Made by a program: the position numbers and the translations under genes
The notes under the pieces: model-generated
Databases searched by the model: none
Told to the model about the DNA's origin: nothing
Seen by the model: only the letters and a program-made list of their open reading frames with translations
Shown here: one piece after another, positions 17,614 through 26,023 of the stretch
Layout of the letters: the number at the start of each line of letters is the position of its first letter
How positions within the stretch are numbered: the stretch's first letter is position 1
DNA from: a virus
Lineage: Duplodnaviria; Caudoviricetes
Virus record (IMG/VR): IMGVR_UViG_3300020044_009226
Coordinates: 1 to 39,295 of that record
Strand: one strand, 5' to 3'
Length of the DNA stretch: 39,295 nucleotides

Positions 17614-18182
17614 TGTTTGTCATCCTTTTTAGGAAAATCAACAATAGCATCAATTAGGCCATAAGACAAAGCCTCTTTAGAAGTAAACCAGTGGTCTAAT
17701 GCTACCCCAGTATTCTTCCAAAATTTACTGTCTTTTTTTGTTCTTGTTTCTAACCATTGACAAAGCATATCATCAAATTTTTCTGAAAATTTAATAAAAT
17801 TTTTATTTTGAGAATGTCTACCGCTTGAGTCATAGCTTTCTTCATGGTGCATAAATTGGGTTAGTGAATGGGCAGTCCTGTAATCACCAGAGGCTAAAAT
17901 CAATATTGCCATGGAGCATATTTGACCAGAGGCATGGATGTTAATAAAACAAGAAGATTTAGCAATTCGATCAATAATGGATAACCCAGAGGAGACATCA
18001 CCACCTGATGAGTTTAAACGAATGGTAATTTCTTCACCATTAAGTTTTTCTAAATAAGATAGCCCAGTTTCAATCAAATGAAGCATTTCATCATTAACTT
18101 CCCCATTAACAATTAGAGTTTTTGATTTTTCATCTATCCCTAAATCAAACAATAGCTCAAGATTATTTGTTTTCTTACTCAT
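17610..18182 (-). CDS. clpP: ClpP-like protease subunit (cytoplasmic type)
   Basis: LNSSGGDV, ICSMA, FMHH and DHWFTSKEALSYGLID motifs. Confidence 0.9.
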   Translation of the reverse strand: MSKKTNNLELLFDLGIDEKSKTLIVNGEVNDEMLHLIETGLSYLEKLNGEEITIRLNSSGGDVSSGLSIIDRIAKSSCFINIHASGQICSMAILILASGDYRTAHSLTQFMHHEESYDSSGRHSQNKNFIKFSEKFDDMLCQWLETRTKKDSKFWKNTGVALDHWFTSKEALSYGLIDAIVDFPKKDDKQ

Positions 18183-18184
18183 GA

Positions 18185-18946
18185 TTAAACCTCTTCAGTT
18201 GTATCGTCTTCAATACCCTTTAAAATATATTTATCATATAATCTTATGGCTTTAAAAAGTTTTTCTTCCCCTGATTTAATAAATGCATCAGAGGTTTTAA
18301 TAAATAATACATTGTGCGGCTCTTTAGTATTACATACTATAAAACAGTGTCTAAATGGCTTATTATGCAATGATTCAGCCATAATTTTATATAGGGCGGC
18401 TTGCATATCATAATTACGCATGTAGGCCATATCTCTAAATTCTGATACTGAGTTAGCCATAGTAGTAGTTTTAATTTCCCCTACAATACCTTCTTCAATA
18501 TTAAGTAAATCTACCCTACCCTTTAAAGAAAATTCATCGTGGGCAGACCAAACAAAAGGTATTTCAAATTCAGACGATTCAGCAAGAAATACAGCTTTTT
18601 TATTTTGTTGAAAATTATTAATAACAGCCTTAACAGTTTCCCATTGTTTTTCAGTTACAACTACTCCAGCCCCATCGTGTAAGTCGTTAAAATACTGAAT
18701 GTACCCTTCCGATTTTTCTTTGCCTACTTTAGTTCTACGATTAGCTGTGTCTACCCCTACTAGATGTTCATTTCCTTGAATAACGTTATGGATTGCTGTA
18801 CCTAGGTTGGAAGCCGAGTTACCTTTAAATGGGTTTGCTTTATGATGTTTATACTCTGCTACAGAGGTTAATATCTTATTAAGGCTTGAAAAAGACTCAT
18901 AAGGTAACTCCCTGTATTCTTTTTCTGAAAGCTCGACTTTAGTCAT
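18185..18946 (-). CDS. PD-(D/E)xK exonuclease (exonuclease VIII/RecE-like)
   Basis: SFSSL, LGTAIH, LKGRVD, EIKTT and YDMQAALY motifs. Confidence 0.85.
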   Translation of the reverse strand: MTKVELSEKEYRELPYESFSSLNKILTSVAEYKHHKANPFKGNSASNLGTAIHNVIQGNEHLVGVDTANRRTKVGKEKSEGYIQYFNDLHDGAGVVVTEKQWETVKAVINNFQQNKKAVFLAESSEFEIPFVWSAHDEFSLKGRVDLLNIEEGIVGEIKTTTMANSVSEFRDMAYMRNYDMQAALYKIMAESLHNKPFRHCFIVCNTKEPHNVLFIKTSDAFIKSGEEKLFKAIRLYDKYILKGIEDDTTEEV

Positions 18947-19130
18947 TAGCGTATTTCCCCAATTTGAATTTTTTTAAAATTCTTTCGTTTCTAATTTGAA
19001 CTTCAGTATATACCTTATTAGCTTCTTCTTCTTTGCGTCTAATATTCTCAATGATTTGACGAAAATATTTTTTATTTTCTTCAATTTGTTTATTTTGCTT
19101 GTATTCAAACATATCAATTACGTTATTCAT
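18939..19130 (-). CDS. Hypothetical protein
   Basis: 63 aa, strong AAGGAGG RBS. Confidence 0.65.
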   Translation of the reverse strand: MNNVIDMFEYKQNKQIEENKKYFRQIIENIRRKEEEANKVYTEVQIRNERILKKFKLGKYAND

Positions 19131-19165
19131 ATCGTCCTCCTTAGAACAAAAAACCCGACTACTTT

Positions 19166-19194
19166 ACTGTACAAGTAATCGGATTGATTGTCAA
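19166..19194 (-). promoter_or_regulatory. Sigma70-type promoter
   Basis: TTGACA-17 bp-TACAGT. Confidence 0.6.
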
Positions 19195-19204
19195 GAGTCT
19201 TTAA

Positions 19205-19642
19205 TTAAACTTCTTCAGATTCAGCAATTTTTGCTACAGCGAATACTTGGTATCCACGACGTCCTTTTTTCTCGGATGGAAGAGTTTTTAAGTAAGTAAT
19301 TTTAATAGTATCTTGCAATTGGACGTTATGTTTAATAAGTCCTTTTTTAATTGAAGCACCAGCGTTAATAGTGTTGATAACTTTAGACCCATCTGCTTTT
19401 TCTTCTAAAAGCCATAATTGGTCAGAAAAGCCTTCTTCAGACTTAACACGAATAAATTTACCACTAAAACTTTGCTCTTCTTTAAGAACTACAGAATTAC
19501 GTTTACCAGCTTCAGTAGTTGGCTCACTAACTCTAAAGTTAACAAATGTAGCGTTAAGTTTTTCTTTTTGTTGTTCCGTCATATTGTTTCTCCTTATAGT
19601 GACTGGAAATTGTAGTGTATCATAAATCGTAATAATTGTCAA
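19205..19642 (-). CDS. Hypothetical protein, possibly OB-fold ssDNA-binding (probable start MTEQQ at 19583)
   Basis: AAGGAG RBS before the internal ATG. Beta-rich with an acidic tail, next to the exonuclease. Function is inferred. Confidence 0.45.
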   Translation of the reverse strand: MTIITIYDTLQFPVTIRRNNMTEQQKEKLNATFVNFRVSEPTTEAGKRNSVVLKEEQSFSGKFIRVKSEEGFSDQLWLLEEKADGSKVINTINAGASIKKGLIKHNVQLQDTIKITYLKTLPSEKKGRRGYQVFAVAKIAESEEV

Positions 19643-19844
19643 GTATTGTTGGTCGTTTTCTTATTAAATTTCTATAAATGTTATGCAACTCGTATATATC
19701 TTCAATATCGCCATCAACAGTATCAAGCTCAAAATCATTTTCAAACTTTTTGCTTTTATCCGCTAAGATTAATAATATATAGTCGTATATATCTTTATCG
19801 TTTTTGTTTTCAATAAATTGTTTATACTCTTTAATAGTTATCAT
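19620..19844 (-). CDS. Hypothetical protein
   Basis: 74 aa ORF in the operon. Confidence 0.55.
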   Translation of the reverse strand: MITIKEYKQFIENKNDKDIYDYILLILADKSKKFENDFELDTVDGDIEDIYELHNIYRNLIRKRPTILDNYYDL

Positions 19845-19956
19845 ATTTTTTCCGCATATTGTTTAGCAGCTTCTAAAGTAGTAAATTGTGCAAAAAATAC
19901 ATTGTCTATTACTACAAAATAAACATTATTAACTTTAATAATTTCAACGCCTTGTT

Positions 19957-20412
19957 TCATATCTTTTGGTACCTAAACGTAGTCCTAATGTTATAATAAA
20001 AGAAACTACCAGCCGAGGGTGCCATTTTCCAAGCAACCATTACTTTAAATGGAACATCATCATATGAGTAAGTAGAGCCACTTTTAAAAGATACTGTCAA
20101 ATATTGACGACTAGGCCAATAAGTAGCAGTTTGAATAGTACTACTAGGTGGCAACTCTAAAGTAAATGATTGCAAAGTAGCTTGTTCAGTATCTTGCGGC
20201 TGAGGTTTTTGAGATTGATTCTCATAAGGGTCTCTTCCAAACCCATCATAGGTATCACCAGGAAGCTTTGTTTTTTTAATACCTATTTGTGATGGCTCAA
20301 TAATAGACACAGAACCACGGACACCTGCCCTGCGAGCTCTAGCCCTTAGATAAAACTCCTTGGTGTCTTGAAATAATAATTCTTCTAGTTCGTCTGTTAG
20401 TGACCTAGCCAT
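19957..20412 (-). CDS. KTSC-domain protein with N-terminal extension
   Basis: C-terminal SSTI....Y......L.V.FKSG..Y.Y.DVP.......APSAGSFF..NIR..F.Y pattern. Confidence 0.88.
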   Translation of the reverse strand: MARSLTDELEELLFQDTKEFYLRARARRAGVRGSVSIIEPSQIGIKKTKLPGDTYDGFGRDPYENQSQKPQPQDTEQATLQSFTLELPPSSTIQTATYWPSRQYLTVSFKSGSTYSYDDVPFKVMVAWKMAPSAGSFFYYNIRTTFRYQKI

Positions 20413-20574
20413 TATTTAATCTTTCTTTAATTAAATCGTTTAGTTCCAATTCCATTTGAGCTATCCTTAACTCTTCTTCTTGAGTTAATTCGTTTTTTAA
20501 TGGAGGGTTTTCAGATAATACCTGACAAACTTTAGTTAATAATTCTATTAAGTCATCTTGAGCCCCCTTATCCA

Positions 20575-20790
20575 TTATTCAGCCTCTTGTTCAGTCTTTG
20601 CTTCAGCTTGAGCAGCTTCTGTAGCTCTTGCTAATACGCCACGTAAGATATTGTCAATGATATATAAACTTAATACGTCAACTGTTGTTTTTTCGTCTCT
20701 AGCCATAATAGAAAGTACATCAAACATTTCTTTTGGCATTTTAAGTGTTACGTTTCTAACCCCAGCTACTCTAGGCTTTCTTTGTTTCAT
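20575..20790 (-). CDS. Ribbon-helix-helix (Arc/CopG-like) DNA-binding protein
   Basis: RNVTLKMPKEMFDVLSIMARDEKTTVDVLSLYII pattern. Confidence 0.6.
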   Translation of the reverse strand: MKQRKPRVAGVRNVTLKMPKEMFDVLSIMARDEKTTVDVLSLYIIDNILRGVLARATEAAQAEAKTEQEAE

Positions 20791-20903
20791 CTTTGTTCTC
20801 CTTTTTTGAAACTACTACTGTTTGTAATGCTATTTTAAGTCCAGCCCCTAATTTAAATACTACAGTGCGGATTAATCCTTGTTTGGATTGTTGATTAGTG
20901 CCT

Positions 20904-21167
20904 TTACGAAATTGACTTTTGGCCATTTTCCACCTCTATTGTTGTTTCATTGTTGATGTGTTTTTGAACTACTGCTTGGTAAGTTTCAACAGCTAAAAAT
21001 AGATTCATATACATTGTAATTACTTCTTCAGCAGATAGGGTATAGTTACCAAGCAAGGCATGATAGCCACTAAGTGTCCCTGCTGCGTCTTGTAAATATT
21101 CCATGTTCATAAAAGCCATAGCTAATTGTCTACTCATTTCATCATCAGCTTTTTTTAAGCTTTTCAT
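20904..21167 (-). CDS. Hypothetical protein
   Basis: 87 aa, AAGGA RBS. Confidence 0.6.
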   Translation of the reverse strand: MKSLKKADDEMSRQLAMAFMNMEYLQDAAGTLSGYHALLGNYTLSAEEVITMYMNLFLAVETYQAVVQKHINNETTIEVENGQKSIS

Positions 21168-21179
21168 TGTTTATCTTCC

Positions 21180-21377
21180 TTATACAATTAAGGTTGTTAT
21201 AAATGTAATAAAAATTAATCCTACTAAACCAGTATATAAAAAAAACTCTGCTAAAAATTTAATTGTTCCATAAACAAGTATAAGGAGACATGCCCCTACT
21301 AAACCAGTTAATACAAACAATGAGCCTATTACTATACTTGAGATAACAAAATTAATAATAATTTCTAATAAATTCAT
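21180..21377 (-). CDS. Small highly hydrophobic membrane protein
   Basis: 65 aa, two TM segments. Confidence 0.55.
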   Translation of the reverse strand: MNLLEIIINFVISSIVIGSLFVLTGLVGACLLILVYGTIKFLAEFFLYTGLVGLIFITFITTLIV

Positions 21378-21483
21378 TATTTATCTTCTTTGTCTAAGAC
21401 GGATGAAATAAAAACTACTGTTACCCCTGTAATTATAACACTTAATGCTACAAATTGTAAGGCATTGATTAAAAGATCCATTA

Positions 21484-21669
21484 TCATAAAGTTTCCTTTT
21501 TCTTGTTTAGAAAGTAATTTCTTTCTAGTTTAGCTTCAAGGAGTTTGTTAAACAATTCAGCTTGTTCTATTTGACTAGCCCCTGAATCTTTAGAGTATTG
21601 ATATAAAAACTCAAACTCTTTCACTATGTTATTTAGTGATTCTTCTATCTGGCGTTTCATACTTTGCAT
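21484..21669 (-). CDS. Hypothetical protein
   Basis: 61 aa, AAGGAGGT RBS. Confidence 0.65.
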   Translation of the reverse strand: MQSMKRQIEESLNNIVKEFEFLYQYSKDSGASQIEQAELFNKLLEAKLERNYFLNKKKETL

Positions 21670-21696
21670 AGATAACCTCCTTAACTGTACATTCGG

Positions 21697-21725
21697 AGTA
21701 TACCTGAAATAACTTTAGCTGTCAA
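21697..21725 (-). promoter_or_regulatory. Sigma70-type promoter
   Basis: TTGACA-17 bp-TATACT. Confidence 0.75.
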
Positions 21726-21726
21726 T

Positions 21727-22083
21727 TTATTTATTAATCTTATTAGCTAAAGCTTTGTATAGGTCAGACTTAAGCTGTTGAACCTGTGCAGCATCAACGT
21801 TTACGTATTCTTCTTTTTCATTAGCCGTAACAACAATTTGAGTTTTAGCAAGATTGGCTAATTCAGTCAATGATTTGATTTCATCTTTGTCCAAAGGTGC
21901 TCCACGAGAAAGCTTTTCTACAAATTTTTGAACTTGCATATTGGCTGCAATAAGCACTAAATCCATAAGGTCTTTTTGAGAAGAAGTACCTGTTATTTTA
22001 GCTTTATTAAAAACTATTTTAGTCTTACCTTCAACTTTTTCTATAGATAGTTGATTTTCTTTAGGTTCTAATTGGTTAGTCAC
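21727..22083 (-). CDS. Hypothetical helical protein (possible displaced terminase small subunit)
   Basis: 118 aa, GTG start with AAGGAG RBS. The TerS idea is weak inference from size and helicity only. Confidence 0.45.
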   Translation of the reverse strand: MTNQLEPKENQLSIEKVEGKTKIVFNKAKITGTSSQKDLMDLVLIAANMQVQKFVEKLSRGAPLDKDEIKSLTELANLAKTQIVVTANEKEEYVNVDAAQVQQLKSDLYKALANKINK

Positions 22084-22092
22084 GTTAACTCC

Positions 22093-22518
22093 TTAATTTA
22101 CCTCATCAATTGGCTGTTGGTCTTCATCGCATAAAATATCTAATTTCCTAGCAAAGTTTAAAATTTCTTTACGGTTTTTAAGTAAATAGCTTTTAACCCA
22201 TGCATAGCTTTTATTAAACTCTCCTTTATCTTTAATAACTTTATGAGCTTGTTTTAGGTTCATTTCATTTGAATATAAATCAAGGATATTTGAAAGTCCA
22301 GTATCAAGGCCAGGGAAGTTATGTGCATAAACCCCAATAGCCCTAAAGTATTCTGCCTTACCTAATGGTAGGGCCCTATTTTCATTTCTATTAAGCTCGT
22401 TTAAAAGTCTTGGTGTGCTACCCTTTGTTGTAGTCCACGCCTCGACGTCTTTAAAACCCTCTGCTTTAAGTTTATGGTTCCAAAACTTGATTAACCTTTT
22501 CAATTCTTTTTCTTTCAC
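22093..22518 (-). CDS. Hypothetical protein, possible transcriptional regulator (GTG start 22518)
   Basis: GGAGGA RBS before GTG; first gene of the leftward transcript; basic helical C-terminus. Confidence 0.55.
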   Translation of the reverse strand: MKEKELKRLIKFWNHKLKAEGFKDVEAWTTTKGSTPRLLNELNRNENRALPLGKAEYFRAIGVYAHNFPGLDTGLSNILDLYSNEMNLKQAHKVIKDKGEFNKSYAWVKSYLLKNRKEILNFARKLDILCDEDQQPIDEVN

Positions 22519-22557
22519 ATCCAGGATCCTCCATGTTGATAAGTGAAATACAAATGG

Positions 22558-22586
22558 AGCATAGCACACTTAAAATCAAAAGTCAA
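22558..22586 (-). promoter_or_regulatory. Leftward sigma70-type promoter of the divergent control region
   Basis: TTGACT-17 bp-TATGCT with extended TG. Confidence 0.7.
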
Positions 22587-22613
22587 GCTATTTAATAACT
22601 GATTATTTAAGAA

Positions 22614-22649
22614 TTGATTTAGATCAATTTTTGACTTGATTTAAATCAT
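22614..22649. promoter_or_regulatory. Two TTGAT-N4-ATCA(A/T) operator boxes 22 bp apart
   Basis: TTGATTTAGATCAA at 22614-22627 and TTGATTTAAATCAT at 22636-22649. Confidence 0.7.
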
Positions 22650-22682
22650 GCCATTTTGCTATTTTTTGTTATTTCCTTTTTG

Positions 22683-22785
22683 CTTCTAAAAATATTAATT
22701 AAATAAATATATAATATATTATAAGGAGAAAAATTTTAAAAAATTACAAAAAGGCTTGATCTAGATCAAGGTTTTTAGATAACCT
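22683..22785. repeat. 103-bp dispersed direct repeat, copy B (candidate origin/operator)
   Basis: Matches 4007-4109 with one mismatch; lies directly upstream of the helicase promoter. Confidence 0.95.
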
Positions 22786-22822
22786 GTTAATATTACTATT
22801 TTGATATTTATACACCTTTTTA

Positions 22823-22851
22823 TTGACTTTTAAACCACTATATGGTAAGGT
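22823..22851 (+). promoter_or_regulatory. Rightward sigma70-type promoter
   Basis: TTGACT-17 bp-TAAGGT with extended TG. Confidence 0.6.
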
Positions 22852-22904
22852 GTTAAAGCTGTTTGACAATCGGACATGCAAAATTTATTTAATTGAGGTG
22901 ACTA

Positions 22905-24437
22905 ATGACTAATTCCCTTTTTGAGTTTTCTAAAGATTATAACTGGGACGGAAGCCATTTTAGCAAAATTAAAGGCAGGCCAGGAAAATTATTGTCTGAT
23001 GAAGATATAAGTAATGAATTATTCAAAGAAAAAATTTCTACAATATTTTCTATTTTAGAAGATATAAAACAATTGAAACAAATAATAAGTAACCGAAATA
23101 ATTTAAATATTTCAAAACCTACTAAAGATTATAAAACTGCTGTTTTGGAATCTGGTATATTCAACGACTTTGTTAAAATTGACAAATCTGGAATATCTGT
23201 GGTATATGAAAGACGCAATAATAGATTATATCCTTTAGACTCCGTTGGAGCCTTATCTGGGTGGGAAACTTTTATATTTTATTTAAGAAATGCTCAATCA
23301 CCATTAATTGAACAAATTGCAGAATTAACAAGGCCATATGTATATGACCCCAAAAAAAACCCAGAGCCATCTAATGAGTCATGTTTAAAATATTTACTTA
23401 ATAAAGTTGAATTATTTGAAGTAATTACGGAAGAAATACCTGGTAATGTTAAAGTGTATCCAGCTATAGTTGAAGGTACTGGATTAACCTCTTTATATAC
23501 AATACCCTATACAAAACAAGACGTTACAATAGATTCTTTAAATATTTATTTAAAACAAATACTTTTAAATATTCAAAATCATGAATACTTATGCGCAATA
23601 TTTTGGGGTGTAATAACTGGTAATGATTACCCTTATGTAGTTTATTTAAAAGGATCTGGCGGTGAAGGTAAGAGCTCTTTTATTGATATGTTAGGCCAAA
23701 TCTGTGGAGGTTCTTTAGCCCCATTTTTAAACAATAACCAATTTAGTATTGCGGCCATGGCCAATAGTGCTATTATCCACGTGTCTGAAAATAATAACCC
23801 ACATTTATTATCAGACAAGTTAATAAAAACATTAACTGGTGGTAATACTGTCAGTATTGAAGGAAAAGGAAAAACCCCGTATTTTGATATTATTAGGGGT
23901 ATTATTATTGCAGACTCTAACTACCATTTAAAACTACAAGGTGAGGAATATGAAATTAGGCGTATACGCTACCATGAAATTTTACCTTTACAAATAAATA
24001 AAGAAGAAACTTTACTTAAAGGGCAATTAGTTGAAAAATTACTATCTTCTAAAAATGAGTTTTTAAATTATTGCAGGCAATGTTTTGAAAAACACTCTTC
24101 AAAAGGTAAACTTATTGATAATCCACCAGATCACGAAGAGACTATATATAGTCTGTTAGATATGAGATTAAAAACAGCTTTTGACAAATTTATTAAATCT
24201 TTAATTAATGATAGGGATGATCCATACGAGTTTAGGCATTCAGCAGAATGCTTTGAATCAGAGGTATTAGACCCATTAGAAAATGTAATTAAAGGAAAAT
24301 GGGATATTTATACTCCTAGAAATTTTCAAAATTATATGAGAATTGAGCATAAAGTCGATTTGAAGGGTGGAAGGTTTAGGGGCTTTGGAAAAAAACCAAA
24401 AGTTACTAAAAACATTGGACTTTCTCAAGAAGATTAA
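22905..24437 (+). CDS. SF3 (D5/P4-primase C-terminal-like) helicase
   Basis: Walker A YLKGSGGEGKS, Walker B IIHVSE, IKTLTGG......KGK, DSN, and arginine finger IRRI. Confidence 0.85.
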   Translation: MTNSLFEFSKDYNWDGSHFSKIKGRPGKLLSDEDISNELFKEKISTIFSILEDIKQLKQIISNRNNLNISKPTKDYKTAVLESGIFNDFVKIDKSGISVVYERRNNRLYPLDSVGALSGWETFIFYLRNAQSPLIEQIAELTRPYVYDPKKNPEPSNESCLKYLLNKVELFEVITEEIPGNVKVYPAIVEGTGLTSLYTIPYTKQDVTIDSLNIYLKQILLNIQNHEYLCAIFWGVITGNDYPYVVYLKGSGGEGKSSFIDMLGQICGGSLAPFLNNNQFSIAAMANSAIIHVSENNNPHLLSDKLIKTLTGGNTVSIEGKGKTPYFDIIRGIIIADSNYHLKLQGEEYEIRRIRYHEILPLQINKEETLLKGQLVEKLLSSKNEFLNYCRQCFEKHSSKGKLIDNPPDHEETIYSLLDMRLKTAFDKFIKSLINDRDDPYEFRHSAECFESEVLDPLENVIKGKWDIYTPRNFQNYMRIEHKVDLKGGRFRGFGKKPKVTKNIGLSQED

Positions 24438-24440
24438 CTA

Positions 24441-24470
24441 TTGACAAAAACACCTCTGATATGTTATACT
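24441..24470 (+). promoter_or_regulatory. Sigma70-type promoter of the lysozyme operon
   Basis: TTGACA-18 bp-TATACT with extended TG, then AAGGAGGT RBS. Confidence 0.7.
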
Positions 24471-24489
24471 GAGCATAAGGAGGTGTAAG

Positions 24490-25050
24490 ATGAGATTGTT
24501 TATTATTACACTATTCATAATCGCACTTGCTGCGGTATCTTCATTAGCCCAAGGTAAGGAATTATACCCAAGCCAGGATTTAATAGAGCACATTAAAAAG
24601 ACTGAAGGGTTTAGGGCTTGTGCCTATAAAGACTTTAAAGCGAATGCAATTGGATATGGTACCCAAAATTGGGAAGACGGTACACCTGTACAACTTACTA
24701 CCAAAAAAGGTAAAAAAGTGTGTATTACTGAACAAAGAGCAACGGAGTTATTACTTTACTTTGTTTATTTTAAATCTGGTCAAATTGACGCTTGGTCCAA
24801 ACAATTTAAGGTTAAACTTAACCAAAACGAATTTGACGCTGTAGTAGGGTTTGTTTATAACTTGGGGTATAATACTTTTAGAAAATCTTCTATAGCTAAA
24901 AATTTAAGGCTAAAGAATAAACCAGCAGCAGCCGAATCTTTTTTAAGCTATGTAAAGGCTGGCGGTAAAGAGCTTAATGGGTTAAAGATTAGAAGACAAT
25001 ATGAAAAAGAATTGTTTCTAACTAAACCAAAGAAAGGTAAAAAGAAATGA
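24490..25050 (+). CDS. GH24 phage lysozyme with N-terminal signal peptide/SAR
   Basis: IKKTEGF...AYKD....IGYG, LNQNEFDAVVGFVYNLG and GLKIRRQYE..LF motifs; hydrophobic N-terminus. Confidence 0.92.
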   Translation: MRLFIITLFIIALAAVSSLAQGKELYPSQDLIEHIKKTEGFRACAYKDFKANAIGYGTQNWEDGTPVQLTTKKGKKVCITEQRATELLLYFVYFKSGQIDAWSKQFKVKLNQNEFDAVVGFVYNLGYNTFRKSSIAKNLRLKNKPAAAESFLSYVKAGGKELNGLKIRRQYEKELFLTKPKKGKKK

Positions 25051-25280
25051 AAAGCTTTTCAATCAGGTATAAAAAATATCGGATATTGCTAGTTAGGTCT
25101 CTTACTATGACCGATATCATAGTTCTTAATGATGAGACCGTTGATTATAGATTTGATGTTTATGACCATAGGAATCTAGTACTACCAATTGAGCTTCAAT
25201 CTAATGGCGTTTGGACGGTTACAGACCTTAAAAAATATATTGAAATCCATGGTAAAGAAATTGATTTTAGGAGTATTTAA
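25047..25280 (+). CDS. Hypothetical protein
   Basis: 77 aa, coupled on both sides. Confidence 0.6.
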   Translation: MKSFSIRYKKYRILLVRSLTMTDIIVLNDETVDYRFDVYDHRNLVLPIELQSNGVWTVTDLKKYIEIHGKEIDFRSI

Positions 25281-26023
25281 TGAAATTAATTTATGGCGAT
25301 TGTCTGGAAGTATTAAAAACTATTCCTGACCAATCTATTGATTTTATATTAACTGACCTACCGTACGGCACTACTACTTGCGTGTGGGATGAAATAATAC
25401 CATTTGACCCTATGTGGATAGAATTAAAACGTATAATTAAACCAAATAAAGTAATTGCATTATTTGGAACGGAGCCATTTAGTTCTAAATTAAGGTTATC
25501 AAATTTAGAAATGTTAAAATATAGTTGGGTATGGCAAAAAGGAAAAGAAACAGCTCCTGGGTTTGTTCAAGCAAAAAATAAACCTATTCATATTACTGAA
25601 GATATAGTAATATTTTCAAACGGAAAAACATTCCATAAAGGAATGACAAAAAATAGAATGATTTATAACCCTCAAGGATTATTGCCTAAAAAAGTAGAAA
25701 ACGTAGGACGAATTAGATTAAAAAATTTACGAGTAGTTAAAAATGCAAAAAAACCAAATGATTACATTACTGAATTTACTAACTATCCTTCAAACATTCT
25801 TCAATTTAATTCAACGTTAAAAAATAGGTTACACCCAACTCAAAAACCTGTCGAATTGTTAGAATATTTAATAAAAACTTATACTAATGATGGGGAAATT
25901 GTGTTAGACTTTACAATGGGTTCGGGCTCTACTGGAGTAGCTTGCAAAAATACAAATAGAAAATTTATAGGTATAGAAAAAGATGAGAAATATTTTAACA
26001 TTGCAAAAGAGAGATTAAAATGA
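25280..26023 (+). CDS. DNA N6-adenine/N4-cytosine methyltransferase, beta class
   Basis: DLPY, HPTQKP and LDFTMGSGSTG motifs. Confidence 0.93.
   Translation: MKLIYGDCLEVLKTIPDQSIDFILTDLPYGTTTCVWDEIIPFDPMWIELKRIIKPNKVIALFGTEPFSSKLRLSNLEMLKYSWVWQKGKETAPGFVQAKNKPIHITEDIVIFSNGKTFHKGMTKNRMIYNPQGLLPKKVENVGRIRLKNLRVVKNAKKPNDYITEFTNYPSNILQFNSTLKNRLHPTQKPVELLEYLIKTYTNDGEIVLDFTMGSGSTGVACKNTNRKFIGIEKDEKYFNIAKERLK

Noticed and set aside
3081-19625. Numerous + strand ORFs antisense to long - strand genes (e.g. 3081, 4592, 5272, 5929, 7608, 16894, 17258, 19371)
   Set aside because: These are antisense shadows with Ser/Phe/Leu-rich translations and no RBS.
24620-24844. Nested ORF in the lysozyme gene as an Rz1-like o-spanin
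   Set aside because: No lipobox signal peptide or Pro-rich mature region.
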